Shown here piece by piece: positions 13,527-24,173 of a stretch of 47,147 nt of DNA (the first letter of the stretch is position 1; every line of letters starts with the position of its first letter). The notes beneath the pieces are model-generated. The model worked only from the letters and a program-made list of their open reading frames with translations. It made no database searches and was not told the DNA's origin. Made by a program: the position numbers and the translations under genes. Source of the DNA: Squatina squatina. Lineage: Eukaryota. Location: positions 1,071,299-1,118,445 of the forward strand of contig JARFOE010000072.1 in NCBI GenBank assembly GCA_031763465.1, given 5' to 3'.

Positions 13527-13619
13527 AACATAAGAACATAATAAATAGGAGCAGGAGTAGGCCATTCGGCCCCTCGAGCCTGCTCCACCATTCAACAAGA
13601 TCATGGCTGATCTTCTACC
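13527..13619 (-). mobile_element. CR1 LINE 3' end
   Basis: gaacataagaacata...ggagcaggagtaggccattcggcccctcgagcctgc, CR1 tail with microsatellite. Confidence 0.75.
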
Positions 13620-13719
13620 NNNNNNNNNNNNNNNNNNNNNNNNNNNNNNNNNNNNNNNNNNNNNNNNNNNNNNNNNNNNNNNNNNNNNNNNNNNNNNNNN
13701 NNNNNNNNNNNNNNNNNNN

Positions 13720-14138
13720 TGTAATATTCCTCACATTAAATGTATACATTGCTGTAGTATTCCACACATTAAATGTTCACATTGCTGTTATATTCCACAC
13801 ATTAAATGTATACAATATTTTAATATTCCTCACATTAAATGTACACATTGTTTTACTATTCCTCACATTAAATGAACACTTTGCTGTAATATTCCTCACA
13901 TTGAATGATCACATTGCTGTAATATTCCTCATATTAAATGTTCACATTGCTGTGATATTCCTCACATTAAATGTTCACATTGTTGTAATATTCCTCACAT
14001 TAAATGATCACATTGCTGTAATATTCCTCACATTAAATGTTCACATTGCTGTGATATTCCTCACATTAAATGTTCACATTGTTGTAATATTAGTCACATT
14101 AAATGTGTACAATGCTGTTGTATTACACACAGTAAATG
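13720..14138. repeat. Minisatellite, 33-bp unit CACATTAAATGTTCACATTGCTGTAATATTCCT, ~12 copies
   Basis: Direct reading; 11-residue periodicity (VIFLTLNVHIA) in the ORF track. Confidence 0.95.
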
Positions 14139-14796
14139 GGAAAAGGTAGTGTTTGATGAGTGAAATCACTATAGAAATTCAGTCAAACGACACAAATTAC
14201 AACACTGATCATACAATACACAGCATTCCAACACCAACTGAGGTGGAACCTTTATAAGAATCCCTCCTTCAGCTCTTCTTTCTCACGCAATGAAGAAGAC
14301 TCCTCCCATTGGCAGTATGTCCTAAAAAAGCAATATTTCAGCCAATAGTGTCAAAGTGCAGATTGTCATCTTTGAGGCCATTTCTCTTGAGATCACTGAC
14401 AGCTTTATTTTGCATTAGAGTACGTCAGAAAAAAGCCAGTGATAAGTATGTCAAGCTGTCAGTTGGAAATAATAGTGCAAAACAGTTCCATTAACACATA
14501 GAAAGAGCATATCAGTTACATGCAAGATAAGCACTGCAGTCATTTTTTGTCAAGTGACCTTTAGTCTTTTTGAGAAGAGGTCTCTCAGCTGCACAAAGGC
14601 TCATTTATTCTCCAGACAGCACAGATGCATTCATCAAACTAAATAGGGCTTTTCAAATACAACTCAGTGTACTATTGCAGGCCACAGAAGATACTCATCA
14701 CATTGTGTATTTCATCACAATATAATCTTCAAGGTATCCTATATGCAGCTAATCCCAATATGGTATATTATGATGTAAACATAATTGACTACGTAC

Positions 14797-14938
14797 CCAA
14801 ACCTTCAGACTCAAAAAGGCAAGTATCATCCACCCCCACTCCTCTGCACCAGGCTAGGAAGTTGGCAGTATTGTCACGGGCAAAGAAAGAACCCGAAGGG
14901 GCATTTGCTTTGCAAGGAATCTTCTTCAGAAGTAGGGT
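14797..14938 (-). CDS. GAS2: GAS2 third coding exon (CH domain)
   Basis: cacag|[47 protein letters not shown]|gtacgt; 142 nt, phase consistent. Confidence 0.97.
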
Positions 14939-15134
14939 CTGTGAATACAGAACATATTTATTAAATGAGTAAATATCCTAGGCTGTTTACATATATGGTC
15001 AATTGTATATTGTATATTTATCCATCTAAAATATGTTAAACGTCTTACATCTGCATGCATTTCCTGTTGACCTTTTCCATTATAAATTCCCATGTCCTCA
15101 TTTATAACAGAAACTTGTCACACTGTAAGTAACA

Positions 15135-15378
15135 CCCCCCCCCCACCTCCCAGTTACTCTTTTGTGCAAAAACATAACAAATACAACAATTAACAAATTA
15201 AACTAAAAAAACAAAACTGAACAAAAACCCCGGTGTTTAAATTAAAACCCTGTTATCCCCAGTGCCCACCGGTCGCGGAAGGCCGCAAGCGTACCGGTGG
15301 TCACCGCATGCTCCATCTCCAGGGACACCCGGGCGCGAACATAGCCGCGATAGAGAGGCAGGCAGTCGGGGCAAACAA
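15135..15378 (-). mobile_element. Tx1/L1-like retrotransposon 3' fragment
   Basis: Translates CPDCLPLYRGYVRARVSLEMEHAVTTGTLAAFRDRWA, then a T-rich 3' UTR; CpG-rich. Confidence 0.7.
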
Positions 15379-15619
15379 CCAATTTGAAGTTGAGTAAGGA
15401 AAGTCAACTTCTGACTTAGCTGTAGTAGTTACAAAATTATATAACATGAGATATTGACATTTTTCTGTTGGTTGAAATCCTCCAGTAATACAACATCGTC
15501 ATTGTAAAATATCATGTGCACTACTTTTTGCTAGTCTCTAGGGTCTATCTTTGCCGAAGCAGGATGCTGTTGTGTCAAATGGGAAAAGCAGTGCCATATT
15601 ATTTGTATTACAGCAGTGG

Positions 15620-15975
15620 CAACGACAACTTGCATTTATATAGCACTTTTTAATGTAGCAAAACGTTTCAAGATGCTTCACAGGAGCAATTATCAGACAC
15701 AAACTTGACACTGAGCTTCCGCGACCGGTGGGCGCCGGGGGGACTGGAGTGCATCTTTGAAGGGGATAATGGGATTTTAATTTAAATTTGGGTGTTTTGC
15801 CTTTTGGTTTAATTTGATAAAAAAAAAGCTGAAAAAGCAGAAAAAATCTTATACACGTGACCCGGCCCCCACGGCCTGATTGACGAGAAAAAAAAACTTG
15901 ACACTGAGCCACATGAAGAGATATTAGGACAGATGACCAAAAAGCTTCCAGAGGTCGGTTTTCAGCACGAGGAAT
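15620..15975 (-). mobile_element. L2 LINE 3' end interrupted by a Tx1-like insertion
   Basis: acaacttgcatttatatagcac...gagatattaggacagatgaccaaaagctt; related to 29800-30040. Confidence 0.65.
15717..15893 (+). mobile_element. 5'-truncated Tx1/L1-like insertion with 16-bp TSD
   Basis: FRDRWAPGGLECIFEGDNGILI*, A tail, exact direct repeat aaacttgacactgagc at 15701-15716 and 15894-15909. Confidence 0.85.
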
Positions 15976-16266
15976 GAAAAGGCAATGGGAGAGGAAGAAT
16001 TACGTAACCACAAAGGCCAACGGTGTGAAATCAAAGAAAAGGGGTTTGTTTTTAATTGANNNNNNNNNNNNNNNNNNNNNNNNNNNNNNNNNNNNNNNNN
16101 NNNNNNNNNNNNNNNNNNNNNNNNNNNNNNNNNNNNNNNNNNNNNNNNNNNNNNNNNNNCCCAGCTTAACATTAGTTATCAAAATCATCAAAACTTCATT
16201 TCCTTGCATGTTTGAAGTTTAAAAGGTAGTGCAGTATTAACCCTGGAATGTGGTTATCAGTCTTAC

Positions 16267-16388
16267 CTTGGCAGATTTGTTTTCACTGTTGTTTTCTTTG
16301 AATTTCTCTTGTAATGTTTGTGCCAGCTGACAGAGAAGCGCTCCATTATCTAGCTTTTCCATAAAGCTTTCCGCAGTGATCTCTTTCC
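16267..16388 (-). CDS. GAS2: GAS2 second coding exon
   Basis: ccag|(G)[40 protein letters not shown]|gtaaga; 122 nt. Confidence 0.97.
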
Positions 16389-17709
16389 CTGGATGTTAGA
16401 AAAGTAAAGATAAAACATGATGGGTATTCTCTTACATGCCAGTGGTGATGTAAAGCATCACAGAAGTAAGAATCAAGTAGAAAGTATTTTGAAGTTGAAA
16501 TCTATCTGCTTTTTTCATCTCTTGTGACACAGATTCTATTATTTACATAACCACACCAGTACCGGTGTTTGCTAAAGCATATCACCGACTTACTTTTAGT
16601 TCTGCACAACTGTCTGGTTAAGTTTTCTACCTTTTGTAATATGTTATGATATACACCCATATATGGTAATATATAGGCTTAACACTACCAAAATTCCTGT
16701 AAGAAATGTATACTTCTACAATAGGCAATTGAAGATCAATAGCCATTTAAGCAAATTTTAAATGAGAAGCTGAAATTCACATTTCCCAATGCAACCCCAT
16801 ATCACAACATCTACCCTGTAATGATAGACATTNNNNNNNNNNNNNNNNNNNNNNNNNNNNNNNNNNNNNNNNNNNNNNNNNNNNNNNNNNNNNNNNNNNN
16901 NNNNNNNNNNNNNNNNNNNNNNNNNNNNNNNNAGACATCCAAAAGAAATCTTTTTTTGCACCGCCCCCGGAGAAATGTTTGATGCTGTGGAATTGGGCTC
17001 TTTGAGCTCTTTACGGGTCAATGCCATGTAGTTGCGCTAACGCAGCACAGACACGGCACATGACCCAGTCGCCTGGGACCTAGCATCGGCAACGTGGTCA
17101 GTTAAAGTGGAGGGCTGCTGACCGACGCCACAGAGCCCCAGGGCCCGCCACTGGGCCACCAGGGAGCTGGACAACAAAGTTGGCCGATTGGAAACACTAT
17201 AGTAACACTAGCGATGGTAAAAAGGGGTCGTGGATCGGCGCCGCCAGGGCGCCATCACAAATACTCCAAAAAAGGCTTTTTAGGTCTAACGCTGCTTTTA
17301 GCACCTAGTTAGCTCCACTTTTCAGCACTACCACGGGTCTAAACCAGACCAATTGGGCCTCCTAACGCTTTAATCCTTCATCTAAGTTATTATAATGAGA
17401 CACAGAAATGTACTTCCAGTATAATATTAGAAAATTTCCTAATGACATCAAACAATGTGTTACAGACAACTAAGAGAGTGAAAATTGATGGCATTTAAAA
17501 AAGATCTCAACAAATTAAGTTATTGGATGCTGCCAGTTAATGTAATGCTATTATCAGCAAGGCTAATCAATTACTGGGATTTATCTCAAAGACATTTAGT
17601 TGAAACAATNNNNNNNNNNNNNNNNNNNNNNNNNNNNNNNNNNNNNNNNNNNNNNNNNNNNNNNNNNNNNNNNNNNNNNNNNNNNNNNNNNNNNNNNNNN
17701 NNNNNNNNN

Positions 17710-18085
17710 AGTGCTGGACGTTGGGCAAGCAGTTTGACAATTTAGAGACAGTGGAGGGATCGAGAGAGGGTGTGGTGAGGTGGTGCTGGGTGTCGTCAGC
17801 GTACATGTGGAGCCTGAGATGTTTTAGGATGATATCACCAAAAGGAAGCATGTAGATGAGAAATAGGGGGTCGGGGGGAGGGACCAAGAATAGATCCTTG
17901 GGAGACACCAGAGGTAATATTGCGGGAGTGGGAGGTGATTCTCGAGCTTCGACTTGATAGCTAAGATGGAACCAGGAGAGTGCAGTCCCACCCAGCTGGA
18001 TGACGGTGGAGAGGTGTTGAAGGGTGATTATTTGGTAAACTGTGTCAAAGGCTGCAGACTGGTCGAGAAGGACGAGGAGGGATAG
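17710..18085 (-). mobile_element. L2 LINE reverse-transcriptase fragment
   Basis: PLFLIYMLPFGDII...HMYADDTQ (YADD motif), degraded. Confidence 0.85.
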
Positions 18086-20148
18086 TGCTTATGACTGCAC
18101 ATGAGAAGAATGTATTTTTTCTGTTCCCTGAGAAGCCTTTGGCAAGCTCCAGACATTTGCCAATTCTCTGGATCTGGCCCAATTCAGGATCATGGAGAAT
18201 GAAATGTCAGCCAAAATTGAAAGAGCCAAAAGACAGGAAGTTGGGATCCAAGACAAGCTCTGGGCCTTCCAAAGCATCCACTTTAAACCCTAATGCCTAT
18301 GCAAACTCGCTCTAATTGTTTTCTATTCCCATGAGGTTACTTAACTGGCATAGCCTATAATAGCTCTTCCTTTTATTATATTTTTAGAGAAAAGGGATTT
18401 GATTGAGCTGAAGCAAAAGCTACAAGGCCATATTACAGTAGCTTTATCTGCCTGCAACAGTAGGACAGGGCGTACTTAAACAAATGAAATATCCATTAGA
18501 CAGTACAAGCAAGCACATGTCACAAAAACTGTGCTTAACCTCCCCAATTGGTGACACACCCACCTCCCGCCACCCTACAAAAGGATGAGGACACCATCCC
18601 AAGACAGATATGCCTGAGCGAGAATGCTCAGCCAGTATTTAATAAGCTAAATAATCCAAATGCAGACTTGTACAAACTTTCACGTGCAGTCGCACTTCCA
18701 GCAATCGTTCCTTTTGCTACTGCACAATAATGGAAAGCATAGAATTTCAATCTGGGACCCTCAGACCCCGAAGGAGTCTGTAGGATGACCTCAGGCCACT
18801 TGCAAGGCCCAGGCACACTCCGGGCACATGACTGCCCCCCTGCCTGGACTGTGTGTCTACAAATCAGGGAGGAAACATAAGCGTACTGCAGACCTGAGAG
18901 TTTGCAGCAGCACCCCAGAATACCAACAGCAAAGCCTCTTGCTGTTACTGGAGGTCAGTAACCAGAAGGCTTAAATGCTTCAGATTTTTTTTGGGGGGAG
19001 CACAATGCCAACAAATATCTTAATACTTAACTACATAATCTTCACCCTACCCCAGGATCCTGCAGTCTGCTGGGGCAGCCATTTGCACCAGCTTTCTTCA
19101 GGCTGCCCCTACCCTGGGGTGCTCAATGAGTGGATCGACAGCAAAATGAGAGGAGAGGCCAGAAGCACCCTTCTCACATTATATTACCAATGTTGGGCCT
19201 GAACCTACTACAAGTGCGGGTCAGTTTAAGAATAACAGGGAAGCCCAGGAAATCCTGGGCAGCCTGGTGGACAGAGACCCAATGAAACAGGTCTTCAGTC
19301 CTTTTTAATCTTCACTTGCCTTGGAGAATACCAATTTCCCAGGTGCAGCGAAGAGAAAAATCTACTGTATAGTCTTTCCTACTCAGTAGACTAACAAGTC
19401 CCTGCATGGTTAAGGTTATACTCTTAAAAAACTTTCCTAATAAACTTCAAGTAAATTAAAACTAGCTAATGATATGTCAAGTTATCTCAGGGTAACAATG
19501 ACTGGCACATGACTATTTCGTCCCAAGATGAAACACTGCCTTAAGCTTCTGCAACTTCCAATACTAACTACACTGTACATATTAATAAAACTAGTAGATC
19601 TCCCAAGGCATTCATCACAAGTAGTCAGGGACTTGGAGGGCACAACTGATCTCAATGTTTCAAAACCAAAAGACTTGACGACTTTACTGATAATATGGAA
19701 GATGTATAGATGTGCAGAAATCAAGCTCCACAAATAAATGAATGAGATGTGTAATCTGGTTTAACAGATTTCTGAACTATAAGGTTCTGTTCTTATCTTT
19801 AAATGAGCCAGGTTTGCCACCAAAATAACTCTACAAAAAATACTGAAAATCCTAATTAATCATTTTATATGTGTATATTTAGAATTAAGCAGATAACTAT
19901 GCATTTGAAAACTGGAAGGGCGTAAAGATTCAACCAACACCAAGATTCCTGTAACATGCTGGTTGGACCATCGGGTCTTTTCCTATCTGATATTTTTGTA
20001 TGTATATTCTGCCTCGCAAAAGCAGATACTGTTCCCAGCGGGCTCTGCTCAATGGTTGAATTACTTCCAAAGTCCCTGAACAAGCTTAAAATAGTTCTCA
20101 TTTTTAATCATTTGAATCAAATACCAAGCATTAAAATTGTAATCTTAC

Positions 20149-20290
20149 CTAGTAAATTTGTCAACCATAGAGCCAAGTCCTCTTTCATTGGTAATAAACT
20201 AGCTTCATGCCTGCTTGCCAACCACTGACTATATTGGTGCACATCAGAGAGGCTTGGCCCAGGCTCCTTGGGACTAAATGTGCTGTACAT
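20149..20290 (-). CDS. GAS2: GAS2 first coding exon (exon starts at 20313)
   Basis: [47 protein letters not shown]|gtaag; upstream acceptor ttttctctgttag. Confidence 0.97.
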
Positions 20291-20522
20291 CTTTCCTTAT
20301 CCACTTGTAATATCTAACAGAGAAAAGAAAAACAGTCTGTGATGATATAGAAGGGATAACATGGGATAACATATACCATGGCACAAACTCTATTTTTGTT
20401 CATAAGTATATTAGTGTTTATTCCTCAGTAGTTGAAATGAATGAGAAAATAAATTAAAGCAAATGAAGGCACTAAACTGTTTTATCTGTGTACATTGATT
20501 CAAACTCAAACTAACATAAATT

Positions 20523-20877
20523 ACAAAAGCAAAATACTGTGAATGCTGGAATCTAGAATATAAACAAAAATGCTGGAAAATCTCAGCAGGTCAGGCAGCA
20601 TCTGTGGAGAGAGAAACAGAGTTAATGTTTCAGGTCGATGACCCTTCATCAGAACTGAAAAAAGCGAGAAATGCAGGAGGTTTTCAAGCAAATGCAGGGA
20701 CAGGGAAAGAGGGGAGGGGAGGAAAGAACAAAGGGGAGGTCAGTGATTGGGTGGANNNNNNNNNNNNNNNNNNNNNNNNNNNNNNNNNNNNNNNNNNNNN
20801 NNNNNNNNNNNNNNNNNNNNNNNNNNNNNNNNNNNNNNNNNNNNNNNNNNNNNNNGTCGATGACCCTTCGTCAGAAT
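20523..20877 (-). mobile_element. Penelope-like element remnant with two terminal-repeat copies across a gap
   Basis: gtcgatgacccttc(a/g)tcagaa occurs on both sides of the gap. Confidence 0.75.
20620..20656 (-). ncRNA. Minimal type I hammerhead ribozyme motif
   Basis: AGUU CUGAUGA AGGGUC AUC GACCU GAAA CAUU AACU: catalytic boxes, stem II and stem I pairing. Confidence 0.7.
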
Positions 20878-21018
20878 ATAAATTACTATTGGTTGCACTC
20901 ATGGTAAAGGGTCATACATCTTACTTAACATTTAATTGAGAATCAAAAAGGCCTTACATCACATTTAAAAAAAATTAAACATCAACCTTCATTAAGTAGA
21001 AAGTATTTTAAGTTTTAC

Positions 21019-21301
21019 CTTGTTCCCAAACTACAGCAGCACTTGGCTACAAATGGCACAGCACAATGTTGCTTGCTAAAGAAACTTCGAATTATTCGCT
21101 CTCTTTCCTGTTTCAGAACAATCCTTTTTGTACCCGAATGTGAGCTAACATCTCAAGTTCCAAGCAGCATTATCAACAACAGTGACCCAGTTTAGTGCAG
21201 TTTACAGTACGCCTAATGGCATGCAGCAGTCTGTTCCCTTTTCAGCACGACTATAAGGCATAATCCACTCTCCTCTAAATGAACAGTGGGTTTTTATATA
21301 A
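21019..21301 (-). promoter_or_regulatory. GAS2: Candidate GAS2 TATA promoter and non-coding first exon
   Basis: Minus-strand TATATAAAAA at 21291-21300; donor aag|gtaaaa at 21019; ~700 bp upstream of the ATG exon (one gap between). Confidence 0.5.
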
Positions 21302-22829
21302 GCCTGTACAGTAGAGCATTCATTCCATCGTTTTAGCAAAGGAGCAGTGTTACAATGTTTTGTCTCATCCGTAATTTAAACTATCAAACTGATATTTCTA
21401 AAAGAGCAAGCAATTAAAGAGGCAACTACATTTCAGCAGCACTCTTTTCAGTAATTAGTCCATCGTAGCAATTAAAAATCGTCTACGTAAATAAAGTGCG
21501 CCTAAGTCAAGCTTCACCAGTGTAACTTAGGTGGTGATTGATAACACAATGCACTTTTGGCACGGAAATTTTACTGTTTTATTATATTAAACCTTTGATA
21601 TTGAAATAATAATCTGCAAACTATGGATGACTCGATAAGCAAAATGGATCTAAAACTTCATTTATTTTCCTTTTGAGGCTATTGTTTTCCAGTTTTCTTT
21701 CAGTTACATCTAAGCCGTTGGATGAACTTAAATTGACGTTGCATGCAAAAACCTAAAACTATTAGCACTGTTCAGTGTTTAAAAATTAATACATTTAAAT
21801 AAATAGCCCTAAAAATTTAAAGCAGTCATATAACGGTAGAAAGACTGTCATGCATCGGATACCTCGTACTTTTTCATTTGTGACCCGTGCAAGGCGCTAA
21901 AATGATACACTCTTAATTGTTTCAAATCATATGTTCAGATTGCGATCAATCTAAAAATGTACCAGAACGCCGGGTTTTAAGCACTCAATATCATGCTTTA
22001 TTACTGTTAGTGTCGTGGAAGCTCATAGTTGCAGAGTAATCACTGCATTGCTCCTCACCCACTTCGAGCGGTTCCGTTCTGTAGATTTCACTCAGTTTTT
22101 CCTGCAATGCAACACTCTGCGGATCGGCCTTGCTCGTACGCATATGCAGATCAAACAGCACTTTCCACAAAGGTCTCCTTGCATGACCGATTCTTCAACT
22201 CGTTAAGTGTGCATCGTAGTTTGAAGAATTCACGTAGTGCCGACTGGAGAGTAACACCACATTTCCTACACATTCACATCGTCCTGTCAAACGAGAACGG
22301 AAGTCAATGGCTACAAATACCTTTCCACGACCAAACACTCACCGTCAACGATTTACCCTTGAAACGCGTATACATTTCAGCATCTGGCAAAACTAGATTT
22401 TTCGGCAATGAATTTCGTAAATTGAGGCGTATTGTTGACGGACGGCAAATTTAGAATAATTATATCACCTGAGTTGCATGACATTTGGGTTTTTATAGTG
22501 ACTGACAATTAATTTGGACGTGCACAAAAAATTGTCTATTAATTCACCAGCTATCGCTGTCTGAAGATTTGATTTCAATTTTGTGCTGACTCATTTTATC
22601 TTTTTTCACTTTTTACATTGAACCTTCGCTCGTGGCTGCTTGTTTTTTTTTGCTTTTTTTTCTCTCTTTTGTTCTCTCTCTTTGTTTCTCCATCTGTTTA
22701 CACCCATCTAGTTAATGTGCTTTGTAATGNNNNNNNNNNNNNNNNNNNNNNNNNNNNNNNNNNNNNNNNNNNNNNNNNNNNNNNNNNNNNNNNNNNNNNN
22801 NNNNNNNNNNNNNNNNNNNNNNNNNNNNN

Positions 22830-23180
22830 CGAACCAGTGTTTTATAAAGGTTCATCATAACTTCCTTACCTTTGTGCTCTCTGCCTCTATTTAGGAAGCC
22901 CAGGATCCCATATGTTATTTTAGCCGCTTTCTCAACCTGCCCTGCCACCTTCAATGATTTGTGCCCATATACTCCCAGGTCTCCCTGTTCATGCACCTCA
23001 TTTAGGATTGTAAGTTTCATCTGCCACATGTCTGCCCATTCCACCAGCCTGTCTATGTCCTCTTGATAGCCTATTACTATCCTCCTCACTGTTCACCATA
23101 CTTCCAAGTTTTGTGTCACCTGCAGATTTTGAAATTGCGCCCTGTACACCCAAGTCTAATTCATAAATATGTATCAAGAT
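22830..23180 (-). mobile_element. CR1 LINE ORF2 fragment
   Basis: QEDIDRLVEWADMWQMK...DLGVYGHKSLKVAGQVEKA...LYKTLV. Confidence 0.9.
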
Positions 23181-23987
23181 GGGTTAGGTTAAATCAGGGC
23201 TTAAGTTTAAGCTTTAGTAACATGTAGGTACTTTCAATTTATGTTTTGAAAGATAATTAGAAGACATTTAATTTATCTTTTATAATTAACATCAAAACAT
23301 AATTTAATTTTAGACTGAAATTTATCAGATGGCAAATGAAATTATATCAATATATATTAAAGCAATATTTTACAATTAATAAAATATTGTTCAAAGTTAA
23401 TTTTGAAAGGCTGCATCACATGATGTACTTTGCCTTCCAGTCCTACATCATTGAGTCAGTAATATCCTTCAGTAGTAATATATATTTAAATGGCATTAGA
23501 GAACTGCAATGCCAAACTAACTGCTGTACTGTACTGCAACATTTGGAAAACTATTTAAAATAAATACACACGTGTGCACAAACACACAAGAATCCAATTA
23601 TAGTGATTGATTTGGCTTCTAGCCCAAATGATCACTATAACTGACCTGATTTCTGCAGCCAATTCTTGTTTGCTGTGTTGCTCGGTGATAGGAGACACTT
23701 TAAACAATTGATTAATCTGACGCTTTCTCTCCCCTGTCAGCTGCTCAGCTGTTTAAATGACCAGTTTGCGCAGAGCAGTGTTCCAGTCAGAGAGGTAGAT
23801 TTTTACTTTTGGTGGGAGCGGTACACTGGCAGTAGCGGATCGGCCACCAGTAACACAGTCCCACCAGCATTTTTGTTTTACAATTTTCAATTGTCTCAAT
23901 TTTTCTGCAAAAAGCACATTGATCAAGATTGAAAGCACCTTCTGCTGCGTCTTTCAAGGACGCAGCTGATCAGGGTATTGAGACAAT

Positions 23988-24173
23988 GGGGGCAATTTTA
24001 ACCTAAACTGCCTGTCGGAAAACTGACGGGATAGGGTGCAACATTGGTTTTACAACCGGCCTCATTTTACTCTCCACTGAAGGTGACGGAGAATTATATC
24101 GGGCGGGGTGCAAAATGACATTCCACCCAATTCCGTGGGTTTAGCGCCCACCGAGTTAGGTTAAAGTTACCCC
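23988..24173. mobile_element. MITE, probably Harbinger-type, ~186 bp
   Basis: TIRs ggggcaattttaacctaa / ttaggttaaagttacccc; AAT on both flanks; internally palindromic. Confidence 0.75.
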
